Source: Octopus sinensis (lineage: Eukaryota). From it: a stretch of 34,635 bases of DNA. A model generated the notes under the pieces. It did not search any database. It saw nothing but the letters and a program-made list of their open reading frames with translations, and was not told the origin of the DNA. The stretch lies in assembly GCF_006345805.1 (NCBI RefSeq), contig NW_021831721.1:1-34635 (forward strand), given 5' to 3'. Position numbers and translations under genes: made by a program. Below, in pieces: positions 1 to 9,362 of this stretch; positions within the stretch are counted from its first letter, which is position 1, and each line of letters starts with the position of its first letter.

Positions 1-69
1 ACACACCGACTTCACATAAAAAATCTTGCACACAAATATTTAAACGTATATATATATATATATAATAAT

Positions 70-327
70 TGAGTAGTTGAATGAATTATCCTAGTATGGA
101 TAATTCGGTTAACCGATACCTGGGTAGCAAATTCACGTCAGAAAAACACGGTTGAAGCTACATGCCAAGGGCAGAGATCACGTGCTTTCGTGTGGAAATT
201 TGTGTGTTTTTTTTTAATGCAAATAAATGAAAGAATGGAGTTGAACGACGAATTAACAAAATTCCTTTATGTCGAAAATAAAATAAAGGAATTTTGTATA
301 TTCGTCGTTCAACTCCATTCTTTCATT

Positions 328-330
<3 letters not shown>
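70..330 (+). mobile_element. Penelope-like pLTR / retrozyme-like unit (family P3), rearranged copy with fold-back
   Basis: 74-208 is near-identical to 24962-25100. 223-270 and 283-330 are inverted arms around a loop beginning GTCGAAAATA, the hammerhead cleavage site of the 25 kb copy. Flanked by (TA)n. Confidence 0.7.
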
Positions 331-363
<33 letters not shown>

Positions 364-419
364 GCACAGACACACACACATACACATATCTATGTATGCA
401 CACACGCACACAAATATAT

Positions 420-635
420 GCAGAAACGTTAGCGCGCTGGGAGAAATGCTTAGCGATATTTCGTCTGTCGTTACGTTCTGAGTTCAAATTCCACCAAGGT
501 CGACTTTGCCTTTCATCCTCTGGGGGTCAATAAATAAAGTACCAGTTTCGCACTGGGTCGATGTAATCGACTTAATCCCTTTGTTTGTCCCTGTTTGTCC
601 CCTCTATGTTTAGCTCCTTGGGGGTAGTAAAGAAA
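420..635 (+). mobile_element. tRNA-derived SINE, family B (slightly 5'-truncated)
   Basis: Similar to 25887-26110, 28203-28617 and 28979-29208; B-box-like GAGTTCAAATTCC; central GCCTTTCATCC..GGGGTC; tail GTAGTAAAGAAAT. Confidence 0.85.
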
Positions 636-646
636 TATATATATAT

Positions 647-818
647 CACCCACTACACTCTCGGAGTGGTTGGCGTTAGGAAGGGCATCCAGCTGTAGAA
701 ACACTGCCAAATCAAGATTGGAGACTGGTGCAACCTTCAGGCTTCCCAGACCCCAGTTGAACCGTCCAACGCATGCTAGCATGGAAAGCGGACGTTAAAC
801 GATGATGATGATGATGAT
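647..818 (+). mobile_element. RTE-LINE-type 3' end with (GAT)n tail
   Basis: Matches the last ~170 bp of the RTE copy ending at 4990 (GGAAGGGCATCCAGC...CATGCTAGCATGGAAAGCGGACGTTAAACGATGATG). Confidence 0.85.
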
Positions 819-1295
819 ATATAATAATAAGTGTAGATCGTATACGAATGGGTATATATTTATAAAAAAGAAATTTGAAAACGCCACTATATAAGATAAA
901 TTTTAATTTTCTTAGAAATTTTACATGCTTCAGTTCTTCTTCAAAAAACGAACCTTATCGAAAATATTTTCAAAAGTTGAGTGTAATAAAAAAGTACATA
1001 ATACATATATATATGTATATATATATATATAGATATATATATACATAATTATGAATAAGAGCAAAAGAAAATTTTCTTTGCCAATATGCTAAAAAATACA
1101 CACTAAATCGTGTAACCACATAGACGATTTAGCATCTACTTTTCACCATATTGGCAATGAACATTTTTTTTTCTCTTACTCATATTTATAAATGTGTGTA
1201 TAATTTTACCTTAAAAGGTATTTTTCATATGCTGGCCATTGATAAAATTCTTTTAAAAATTTTATTCTTTTATTAGAAGTATATATACATATATG

Positions 1296-1321
<26 letters not shown>

Positions 1322-1334
<13 letters not shown>

Positions 1335-1810
1335 ATATTAGGGAATAAATCCAAATTTACAGGGAAAATCAGATTTGATTGAATCCAATTTTATAGTAAA
1401 ATATAATATAATATTAATTAGAGACAAAACCACTATTATGCAAATCAAACAAAGAAAGACTTAATCCAATACATAAAAAATTTTATATAAATTAAATATA
1501 ATTAAGATTAATTATATTTAATTTATATAAAATTTTTTATGTATTGGATTAAGTCTTTCTTTGTTTGATTTGCATAATAGTGGTTTTGTCTCTAATTAAT
1601 ATTATATATATATATAGCAAAAATTTGGATTCAAATGAATATGGTACTTAATTAAGATGCACCAGAATTCTGTATGGTGTTATCCATATAAATCCGTGGG
1701 GTGATTATAATCAAAATAAGCAACAAGAATGACTCCGGTAATTTGGTATGATCGTTTCGTACTACGTCATTTTATTAAATGTTGTAAGTATTACAACAGT
1801 TTTTCATATC
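1322..1810. mobile_element. TA-flanked element with a perfect 99-bp fold-back (putative Penelope-like pLTR remnant, family P5)
   Basis: Arms 1406-1504 and 1509-1607 are reverse complements with a 4-nt loop. Starts directly after (TA)n. Its first bases (AATAATAAATATTAGGGAAT) recur at ~34089-34108. Confidence 0.5.
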
Positions 1811-1831
1811 AAGTGGCAACATTATAGAGAA

Positions 1832-2250
1832 GATAAGTTTCTTTATTGGCCACACAGGGCTGCACACAGATGAGACAAGTTACAAGGTAGAGCTTTTCTT
1901 TTGGGGGATGAAAAAAACCAAAAAAACAAAAGAAACAAAAAAAAAGGTGGCATAGGTTTTCGATCAAAAGGGATCGTAAAAGGAAAAAAAGAACAAAAAA
2001 AAAGGAAAAGGAAAAAAGAAAAAAAGGAAGAGGAACAAAAGAAAAGAAAATGAAAAAAGAAGAAAAAAGAAGAAAAAAGAGGGGAAGAGGAAAAAAACGA
2101 TCAATAAGGATCGTGTATCACAGTGTCATGATGTATGGTGTAAAGGGGAAAGCAAGTAGGGTTTATCCGTGGAAAGAAAAGCCTACGAGAGAAGATAGAT
2201 ATATAGACAAAGATGTGGATTTAAATTTTAAGAACATTTGAGGTAGTAGA
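1832..2250 (-). mobile_element. 3' UTR/end of a non-LTR retrotransposon (L1/Tx1-like, tentative)
   Basis: Minus strand ends CAGCCCTGTGTGGCCAATAAAGAAAC (polyA-signal-like) after a long pyrimidine-rich UTR. No ORF remains, so clade assignment rests on recognition only. Confidence 0.45.
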
Positions 2251-2428
2251 GGCTCCACTGAAGCAAAGTAACACCAAATATATAGTGTGTGTGTTTTTAT
2301 TGACTAAACTGGCAAAATGACCATTCCTAAATACAACAATATATATATATATAATTTTTTAGTTGCATCTCTATAGATTTTCTATAAAGTTTGGAGCCAA
2401 CACTGAAAGTTACAACATTTTGTATACG

Positions 2429-2665
2429 GATCTATCTATCTCTCTATCTGCACAATCGAAGTCAACTCTCAGTTACTCATTGGATCAGTGTCCTCCAGTC
2501 AGTTCTACCCTGGGTCACTTCTTTCAGACTGGCTATGTCCATTCCGGTATCACTCTTATTGGTGTCAAGCCAGCGGGTTCTTGGTCAGCCTCTTCCTCCC
2601 TTGCCACTGACCATTCCGAGCATGATGTCCTTCTCCAGGGATTTTCTCCGCATAATATGACCAAA
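2429..2665 (-). pseudogene. BovB/RTE-clade LINE ORF2 C-terminus with (GATA)n-like tail
   Basis: Manual minus-strand translation FGHIMRRKSLEKDIMLGMVSGKGGRG*PRTRWLDTNKSDTGMDIASLKEVTQGRTDWRTLIQ*VTES matches the RTE/BovB C-terminal pattern (GHxMRR..LEK..MLG..xG.R.RGR.R.RW.D). It has internal stops and is absent from the ORF track. Confidence 0.85.
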
Positions 2666-2905
2666 ATATACCTATCTATACGAATATGTTTATGTAAATA
2701 ATGCAATTGAAGATAGAAAAATAGATTAAGGGGAGTATATACATATTTCAGGAGTTATTGCTATTTTTTTTAGTATCACATCCAACCCATTCGCTATCCA
2801 CTAATACATTGCTTAAACAGCCTCTAAGTTTAGTGGTGTAACACTATTGGATAGGCCAATTTTGCATATTAAACACATTCATGATACATACATATTAATT
2901 CTTGC

Positions 2906-3100
2906 TTTTCTCTTTCTTATTCATACGAATAAGAAATGATATTTTTATTTATGCCTAAGTGCTTTTCCCTTTCTTATTTATGACTGAAAGTATCTGAAAT
3001 GGACGGCATTTACTTTAATATCTGATTTCAACAGAATCCAAGCAGCTGATTTTCTAAATGATTGATAATCATGCAAATTCGCATGACAAATTCTTAGACC
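2906..3100 (+). repeat. ~195-bp repeat, inverted partner of 5561-5757
   Basis: Manual reverse-complement alignment shows roughly 90% identity. Confidence 0.85.
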
Positions 3101-3249
3101 AGCTATCTTATACGTATAGCATTCTGCCTAAATAATGGATCTACAAATGCAATATCCCTGCATATCTCACATCTATTTTCATTCCTCCACTTCACTCTCT
3201 ATTTCATATCCTGTCTAGAATAACTATTGCTTAACCCTTTTCTCACACC

Positions 3250-3297
3250 GTCTCCAATGAAGGGTTATAGTAAATATCCCGGAAACAGCTGTAAGAC
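3250..3297 (+). ncRNA. Degenerate type I minimal hammerhead motif (family P6)
   Basis: GTCT-CCAATGA-A-GGGTTAT(agtaa)ATATCCC-G-GAAA-CAGCTG-TA-AGAC: stem I GTCT/AGAC, stem II 7 bp with one mismatch, palindromic stem III ACAGCTGT, GUA site. The core CCAAUGA is non-canonical. Confidence 0.5.
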
Positions 3298-3367
3298 CTA
3301 TTTATAAATGTTCCAAAATCTTCACAGCCTTGGTTTTTTTTATCTCATTCTGAAAAAATATATATAT

Positions 3368-4990
3368 CAAGACAGGATGCCCTGGGAGCTCCTCTATGCT
3401 GATGACCTTGCTCTAATTGCTGAGTCACTATCAGAACTAGAGGAGAAGTTTCAAGTGTGGAAACAAGGATTAGAATCGAAGGGCCTTAGAATCAATCTAG
3501 CTAAAACCAAAGTCCTAATAAGTAGGAGGGCAGGCAAACCACAAATCCCTTCACATAGATGGCCCTACTGGATCTGTAATAGAGGCATAGGTAAAAACTC
3601 TATAAGATGTACCCAACGTAAGCTATGGACACATAAGAGGTGCAGTAATATCAAAGGAAGACTAACTTGGAAAATAGTTTTTGTATGTGGCAGATGATTG
3701 GGAGCAATAAATACTGAAAATGCTCAGAGAACAACTTCCGCCATATTCCAGGGAGAAAAACTAGAAGCAGTTGATAGCTTCTGTTACCTAGGTGACCAAG
3801 TCAGTAGCAGGGGAGGGTGCGCTGAAAGTGTAGCTGCTAGAATAAGAATAGCCTGGGCAAAGTTCAAAGAACTCTTACCACTGCTGGTGACAAAGGGCCT
3901 CTCGCTCAGAGTAAAAGGTAGACTGTATGACGCATGTGTACGAACATGGTAGTGAAACATGGGCTGTGACTGCTGAGGACATGTGTAAGTTCACAAGGAA
4001 TGAAGCCAGTATGATCTGATGGATATGTAATGTCAGTGTGCATACTCGACAGAGTGTAAGTACCTCGAGAGAAAAGTTGGACCTAAGAAGCATCAGTTGT
4101 GGTGTGCAAGTGAGACGACTGTTCTGGTATGGTCATGTGGCAAGAATGGATGAGGATAGCTGTGTGAAAAAGTGCCACACCCTAGTGGTTGAGGGAACCT
4201 GCGGAAGAGGTAGACCCAGGAAGACCTGGGATGAAGTGGTGAAGCACAACCTTCGAACTTTAGGCCTCACCAAGGAAGTGACTAGTGACTGAGACTTTTG
4301 GAAATATGCTGTGCTTGAGGAGACCCAGCAAGCCAAATGAGACCATAACCTCGTGGCCTATGCCAGGGGCATAACCAGCCCACTTATGTGCACCTTTAAA
4401 CTCTGCTTGCGAAGACCTGTTCAGGCAAGTGAAATTGAAATCAAATTCAATGATTGGCATCTGTACTAGTGGGGTGCAAAGAGTACCATACAAGTGTAAT
4501 TGCTGACAGAGCAGCTAACCGGCTTCCGATGCCAGTGGCACATAAAAGGCACCATTCTAGTGTGATCTTTACCAGCATTGCCTTACTGGTACTTGTGCCC
4601 ATGCTAGTAGGGTGCCAAGAGCACCATCTGAGCGTGATCGTTGCCAGAGCGGCTAACTGGCTTCCATGCCGGTGGCACATAAAAGGCACCATTTGAGCGT
4701 GATCGTTACCAGCATTGCCTTACTGGCACTTGTGCTGGTGGCATGTGTAAAAACATTCGAGTGGGGTCGTTGCCAGTACCGTCTAACTGGCCCTCATGCC
4801 GGTGGCACGTAAAAGCACCTACTACACTCTTAGAGTGGTTGGCATTAGGAAGGGCATCCAGCTATAGAAATTCTGCCAGATCAAGATTGGAGCCTGATGC
4901 AGCCAACTGGTTCGCCAGTCCTCAGTCAAATCGTCCAACCCATGCTAGCATGGAAAGCGGACGTTAAACGATGATGATGATGATGATGAT
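3368..4990 (+). mobile_element. 5'-truncated RTE-clade LINE: RT C-terminal half (pseudogenised ORF2 to ~4340), repeat-bearing 3' UTR and (GAT)n tail
   Basis: YADD motif (LLYADDLALIAES), NLAKTKVL, FCYLGD, WAKFKELLPLL, WYGHVARM, GRGRPRKTW; stops and frameshifts; ends ACGTTAAACGATGATGATG. Confidence 0.93.
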
Positions 4991-5167
4991 ATTTCGTTTC
5001 TCGTTGAGTTCTACGTCTAGTTGTGGTGTCCTGTACTCACATGTATATATATTTATATATAGAAGCAATTAACTAACTAACTAACTAACATATGCATGTA
5101 TATATACATGTAGATGTATGTACGTACATATATGTTGTATGTATGCATATATTCTATTTATTACACT

Positions 5168-5217
<50 letters not shown>

Positions 5218-5297
5218 GTTCAAGTGTACATAAAACAATTGTACAGGTGAGGGAACAACAAGCAGGTGTATTAGTTTGATGCTTAGAAAAAATGTAA

Positions 5298-5338
<41 letters not shown>

Positions 5339-5560
5339 AACATACAGATGTGTGCAGACACACACATGCGTACTTAAACCCTAATATCATTAAAAAATGC
5401 AATTCCCTCTGTTTGCGTCCCTTTAGATGACATATAAGCAGAAGTTGAACATTCACATCATAGAGTAACAGTTTCTCACCATTTCTTCCCGACTTTATCC
5501 AAAATAGGAGGAACAGAGCTGTTTACTTTATGAAATAGAGTTAAACTTATCAGGTAATCA

Positions 5561-5757
5561 GGTCTAGGAATTTGTCACGCGAATTTGCATGATAATCAAT
5601 CATTCAGAAAATCAACTGCTTGGATTCTGGTGAAATCAGACATTAAAGTAAATGCCGTCCATTTCAGATACTCTCAGCCATAAATAAGAAAGAGAAAAGC
5701 ATTTATGCATAAATAAAAAAATATCATTTCTTATTCGCATGAATAAGAAAGAGAAAA
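5561..5757 (-). repeat. ~195-bp repeat, inverted partner of 2906-3100
   Basis: Reverse complement aligns to 2906-3100. Confidence 0.85.
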
Positions 5758-6213
5758 ACACAAAAAAATATGTTATTTTTTAGCTCTAACACGGAAGATA
5801 ATTATTTTGATAAAATATATTCTTGGCTGGAGGTTGTGTAGCGAGTTAGAAATTGTTAAATTTTGAAGCAATGACAGCAAAATTAATTGCAAGGATGGGA
5901 AGTTAAGTTTAAAAAAAAATAATTTCAAACCTTAAAAAAAAATCTCTGGCATATTGATTTAATTCTTATTTTTAGCAAACAATTCCTATACAAACAAACA
6001 ATAAAAACAGAACTAAAATGTCACGAAAACAATTAAGGGGTTTGGAGCAATCCCATTGTTATTGTCTCTGTAGTGTTATTGCATACACCCCCATTCAGCC
6101 CCCTTCACTGAATCCTATTTGCATTTCTTTCTAGTTTTTCTCTTTCTTTCTTTCTCTTGCACTTTACTCTTTTTATATATCTTTCTCTTTAAATTTATTG
6201 CAATCTAGCGGGC

Positions 6214-6307
<94 letters not shown>

Positions 6308-6319
6308 CATATATATATA

Positions 6320-6402
6320 GGCGCAGGAGTGGCTGTGTGGTAAGTAGCTTGTTTACCAACCACATGGTTCCGGGTTCAGTCCCACTGCGTGGCACCTTGG
6401 GC
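6320..6402 (+). mobile_element. SINE family A head only (tRNA-like), fused to a foreign segment
   Basis: A-box-like TGGCTGTGTGG and B-box-like GGTTCAGTCCC; SINE similarity stops at CACCTTGGGC. Confidence 0.85.
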
Positions 6403-6650
6403 TCTGGTGAAAATCCTCGGAGCATCTTTTTCAGCAACTGGCGGCTCCTCGGTCGTTCTGTCCCTGCGTCTGCGGACAATCTGCGGCAAACAGGATGTCT
6501 CTACATGCGGAATTGTTGGGGACCGCTTGTGAAATTCATATTCCCACGAAACTTCTTCCACCGCCATGGTTTGAGATGCCTCGAGGGTGGCAGAAGAAGC
6601 CGACTCAACCTGCCCAGGGTGAGGGTCACCACCAGTACAAGTAAGTAAGA
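6403..6650 (-). other. CpG-rich open segment, possibly a LINE ORF1 fragment in antisense
   Basis: Much more GC/CpG-rich than its flanks. Minus frame is open (GDPHPGQVESASSATLEASQTMAVEEVSWEYEFHKRSPTIPHVETSCLPQIVRRRRDRTTEEPPVAEKDAPRIF). No diagnostic motif. Confidence 0.35.
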
Positions 6651-6734
6651 TGGCCAGCTACTGTTAGACCATCCAAGCCATGCCAGCATGGAGAACAGAC
6701 ATTAAAGGATGACGACGATGATGATGATATATAA

Positions 6735-7139
6735 CACACGCCCCATTTGGCCTCCGTGCCGGTGGCACATAAAAGCACCATCCATTCGTGTCCGCTGCCA
6801 GCCTCGCCTGGCCCCCGTGCCGGTGGCATGTAAAAGCACCATCCGCTTGTGTTCGTTGCCAGCCTCGCTTGGCCCCCGTGCCGGTGGCACGTAAAAGCAC
6901 CATCCGTTCATGGCCGTTTGCCAGCTCTGTCTGGCACCTGTGCAGGTGGCACGTAAAAAGCACCCACTACATTCACGGAGTGGTTGACGTTAGGAAGGGC
7001 ATCCAGCCGTAGAAACACTGCCAGATCTGACTGGGCCTGATGAAGCCTTCCGGCTTCACAGACCCCAGTTGAACTGTCCAACCCATGCTAGCATGGAAAA
7101 CGGACGCTAAATGATGATGATGATGATGATGATGATGAT
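6735..7139 (+). mobile_element. RTE-type 3' UTR fragment with four ~61-bp repeats and (GAT)n tail
   Basis: GTGCCGGTGGCAC-type hairpin units at 6756, 6817, 6878 and 6940; same terminal sequence as 4800-4990. Confidence 0.85.
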
Positions 7140-7734
7140 ATCACTGAAAAGTCAGAGGCTGAATGGTCTTCTTAGAAATGATACACTTCAAAGAAAGATG
7201 AAATGAAATTGCTCTGGAAGCAATCCCAAGAATGACAGATGTGCATTTTGCTTCTTTTGTACCAAGTCAGTGACTCGGGTCATCTCTGGCATGAAGTCAC
7301 CTCAGCCTGTCTGCAGTATATAGAAACAATGAATAAATAATCCAGTGGACTTGCAAAGACGCTGGTAGGTGGAATAAATTCCAATTATATTTTGACAAGC
7401 TGCAAGATCGGTGATAAGTGCATTTATCACTCACATGATCACTTCTGGGGCAATTTTGTTACATCTAGCTTTGAAGTATATGGTGATTTTTTTAAACACA
7501 CTACATCCATAAAGGGAACTTTTCCAAGATGGCTATTGCATCCTCTGACTTCTCAATGTTATATTTATGTTAAGTATGTCATAAAGATAGACATTTTAAT
7601 CTAGAGCTGCTTCTATTACATAATTCAAATCTATCTATTTCTTTCTTTATCCATCTGTATATACACCCACCCACACACAATATATGTATTATACACACAC
7701 GAAATATATGTATTTTATATATATATATATATAT

Positions 7735-7953
7735 ACTCTTTACTCTTTTACTTGTTTCAGCTATCTGACCGCGGCCATGCTGGAGCACCGCCTTTAATCG
7801 AGCAACTCAACCCCGGGACTTATTCTTTTGTAAGCCCAGTACTTATTCTATCAGTCTCTTTTGCCGAACCACTAAGTAACGGTGACATAAACACACCAGC
7901 ATCGGTTGTCAAGCAATGCTAGGGTGACAAACACAGACACACAAACACACACA

Positions 7954-7991
<38 letters not shown>

Positions 7992-8155
7992 CATATATAC
8001 GATGGGCTTCTTTCAGTTTCCATCTACCAAATCCACTCACAAGGCTTTGGTCGGCCCGAGGCTATAGTAGAAGACACTTTCCCAAGGTGCCCCGCAGTGG
8101 GACTGAACCCGGAATCATGTGGTTTGTAAACAAGCTACTTACCACACAGCCACTC
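7735..8155 (-). mobile_element. tRNA-derived SINE family A (CORE-like), near full length
   Basis: tRNA-like head, CORE-like CACCTTGGGCAAGTGTCTTC-type segment, internal (TA)n/(GT)n, (GTAAAAGA)n tail; about 16 copies in the window. Confidence 0.9.
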
Positions 8156-8232
8156 ATATTATACATATTTTTTAGATGGTTGATCCTTTAATAGTTTCAG
8201 CTCATGAGATGCGGCCATGCTGGGGCATATAT

Positions 8233-8450
8233 ATATAACAAGAAGCTTTATGAAAATAAGCAAAAGATGAATGCAGGTGGAATACAAACAAACAATTGTA
8301 TTAGTATGGCACTCAGGAATATAAATAAAACAAGTCTTTTACGTTTCGAGCCTACGCTCTTCAACAGAAAGATACACAGAAAAGAAACACGGAAAGAAAC
8401 AAGGAAAGAAAAAAAGATGCGTGCAGAAGCTAGTGAATCAACATGGCGAT
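8233..8450 (-). mobile_element. Penelope-like pLTR remnant (family P1) between (TA)n tracts
   Basis: Homologous to both arms of 31967-32350; carries a hammerhead-like motif. Confidence 0.65.
8335..8372 (-). ncRNA. Minimal type I hammerhead-like motif, CUGUUGA core
   Basis: Minus strand TCTTT-CTGTTGA-A-GAGC(gtag)GCTC-GAAA-CG-TA-AAAGA; stem I 5 bp, stem II 4 bp. Confidence 0.6.
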
Positions 8451-8789
8451 ATATATATATATATATGGTGGCTGCCCCCTCGTTATTGAGTATGGCCATT
8501 GCACGAAGCTTAATCAATGAAAATAAAATATAAAAATTAGCATAGTAATTCCATATTTTTTCACAATTTGAAATCTACAAAAAAAACCTAACTTAGAAAA
8601 TGAGTATATTCATCTACCAAAATTGATAATATCATTGTATATCTAAAGAGGAAAAACTGCAGACAAAAATTCTACATTGAGCTTAATAGACAACTAAAGA
8701 ATAAAAACTAGAGATAGTAATTCTACGTAATGCTTTATAGAAACTTGTGTACTTTACATAACAATAATCAATTACCTATTTTTTTATTT

Positions 8790-9362
8790 GGATCTTTTCG
8801 GTTTGAACGGCAGTTTTTAACATAATTTCTAGGTAACTAAAAAATTTTAAACTTCGTATACTGGTAGAATGTGTTTATAAAACATCTTTTTCTCTTGGCT
8901 TTATTGAGAAAAATTCTATAGTTTGTAAGATATGGATCTTTTCGGTTTGAACGGCAGTTTTTAACATAATTTCTAGGTAACTAAACACTTTTAGACTTCG
9001 TATACTGGTAGAATGTGTTTATAAAACATCTTTTTCTTTTGGCTTTATTGAGAAAATTCTATAGTTTGCAAGATATGGATCTTTTCGGTTTGAACGGCAG
9101 TTTTTAACATAATTTCTAGGTAACTAAAAAATGTTAAACTTCGTATACTGGTAGAATGTGTTTATAAAACATCTTTTTCTCTTGGCTTTATTGAGAAAAT
9201 TCTATAGTTTGTAAGATATTTGTTGTTTTTTTTCTTCAATTTCTGCCAATTCAACCAATCACTGACGTCAATTGAGGTAAAAAACATTCTGTGCTGTATG
9301 AATATGTCCCTCGTTTAAGAAACAGATTGGGTTTATTTACACTTGTGAAGAAAAAAAGATAC
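8790..9362. mobile_element. MITE (truncated) with three tandem copies of its ~143-bp terminal segment
   Basis: TIR GGATCTTTTCGGTTTGAACGGCAG at 8790, 8934 and 9077; same family as 26981-28165; cut at GATACCCC where it joins SINE A. Confidence 0.8.

Noticed and set aside
1740-1800. Minus-strand GTACGAAACGATCATACC, a possible hammerhead 3' half
   Set aside because: No CUGANGA or matching stem I strand upstream; at best a deleted remnant.
2050-2241. Lys/Arg-rich ORF resembling a nuclear localisation signal
   Set aside because: Antisense of a pyrimidine-rich retroelement UTR; low complexity.
7035-7065. CTGATGA-AGCC(ttcc)GGCT, looks like a hammerhead 5' core and stem II
   Set aside because: No GAAA follows, and the homologous RTE tails read CTGGTGCA/CTGATGCA at this position, so the match is a chance mutation.
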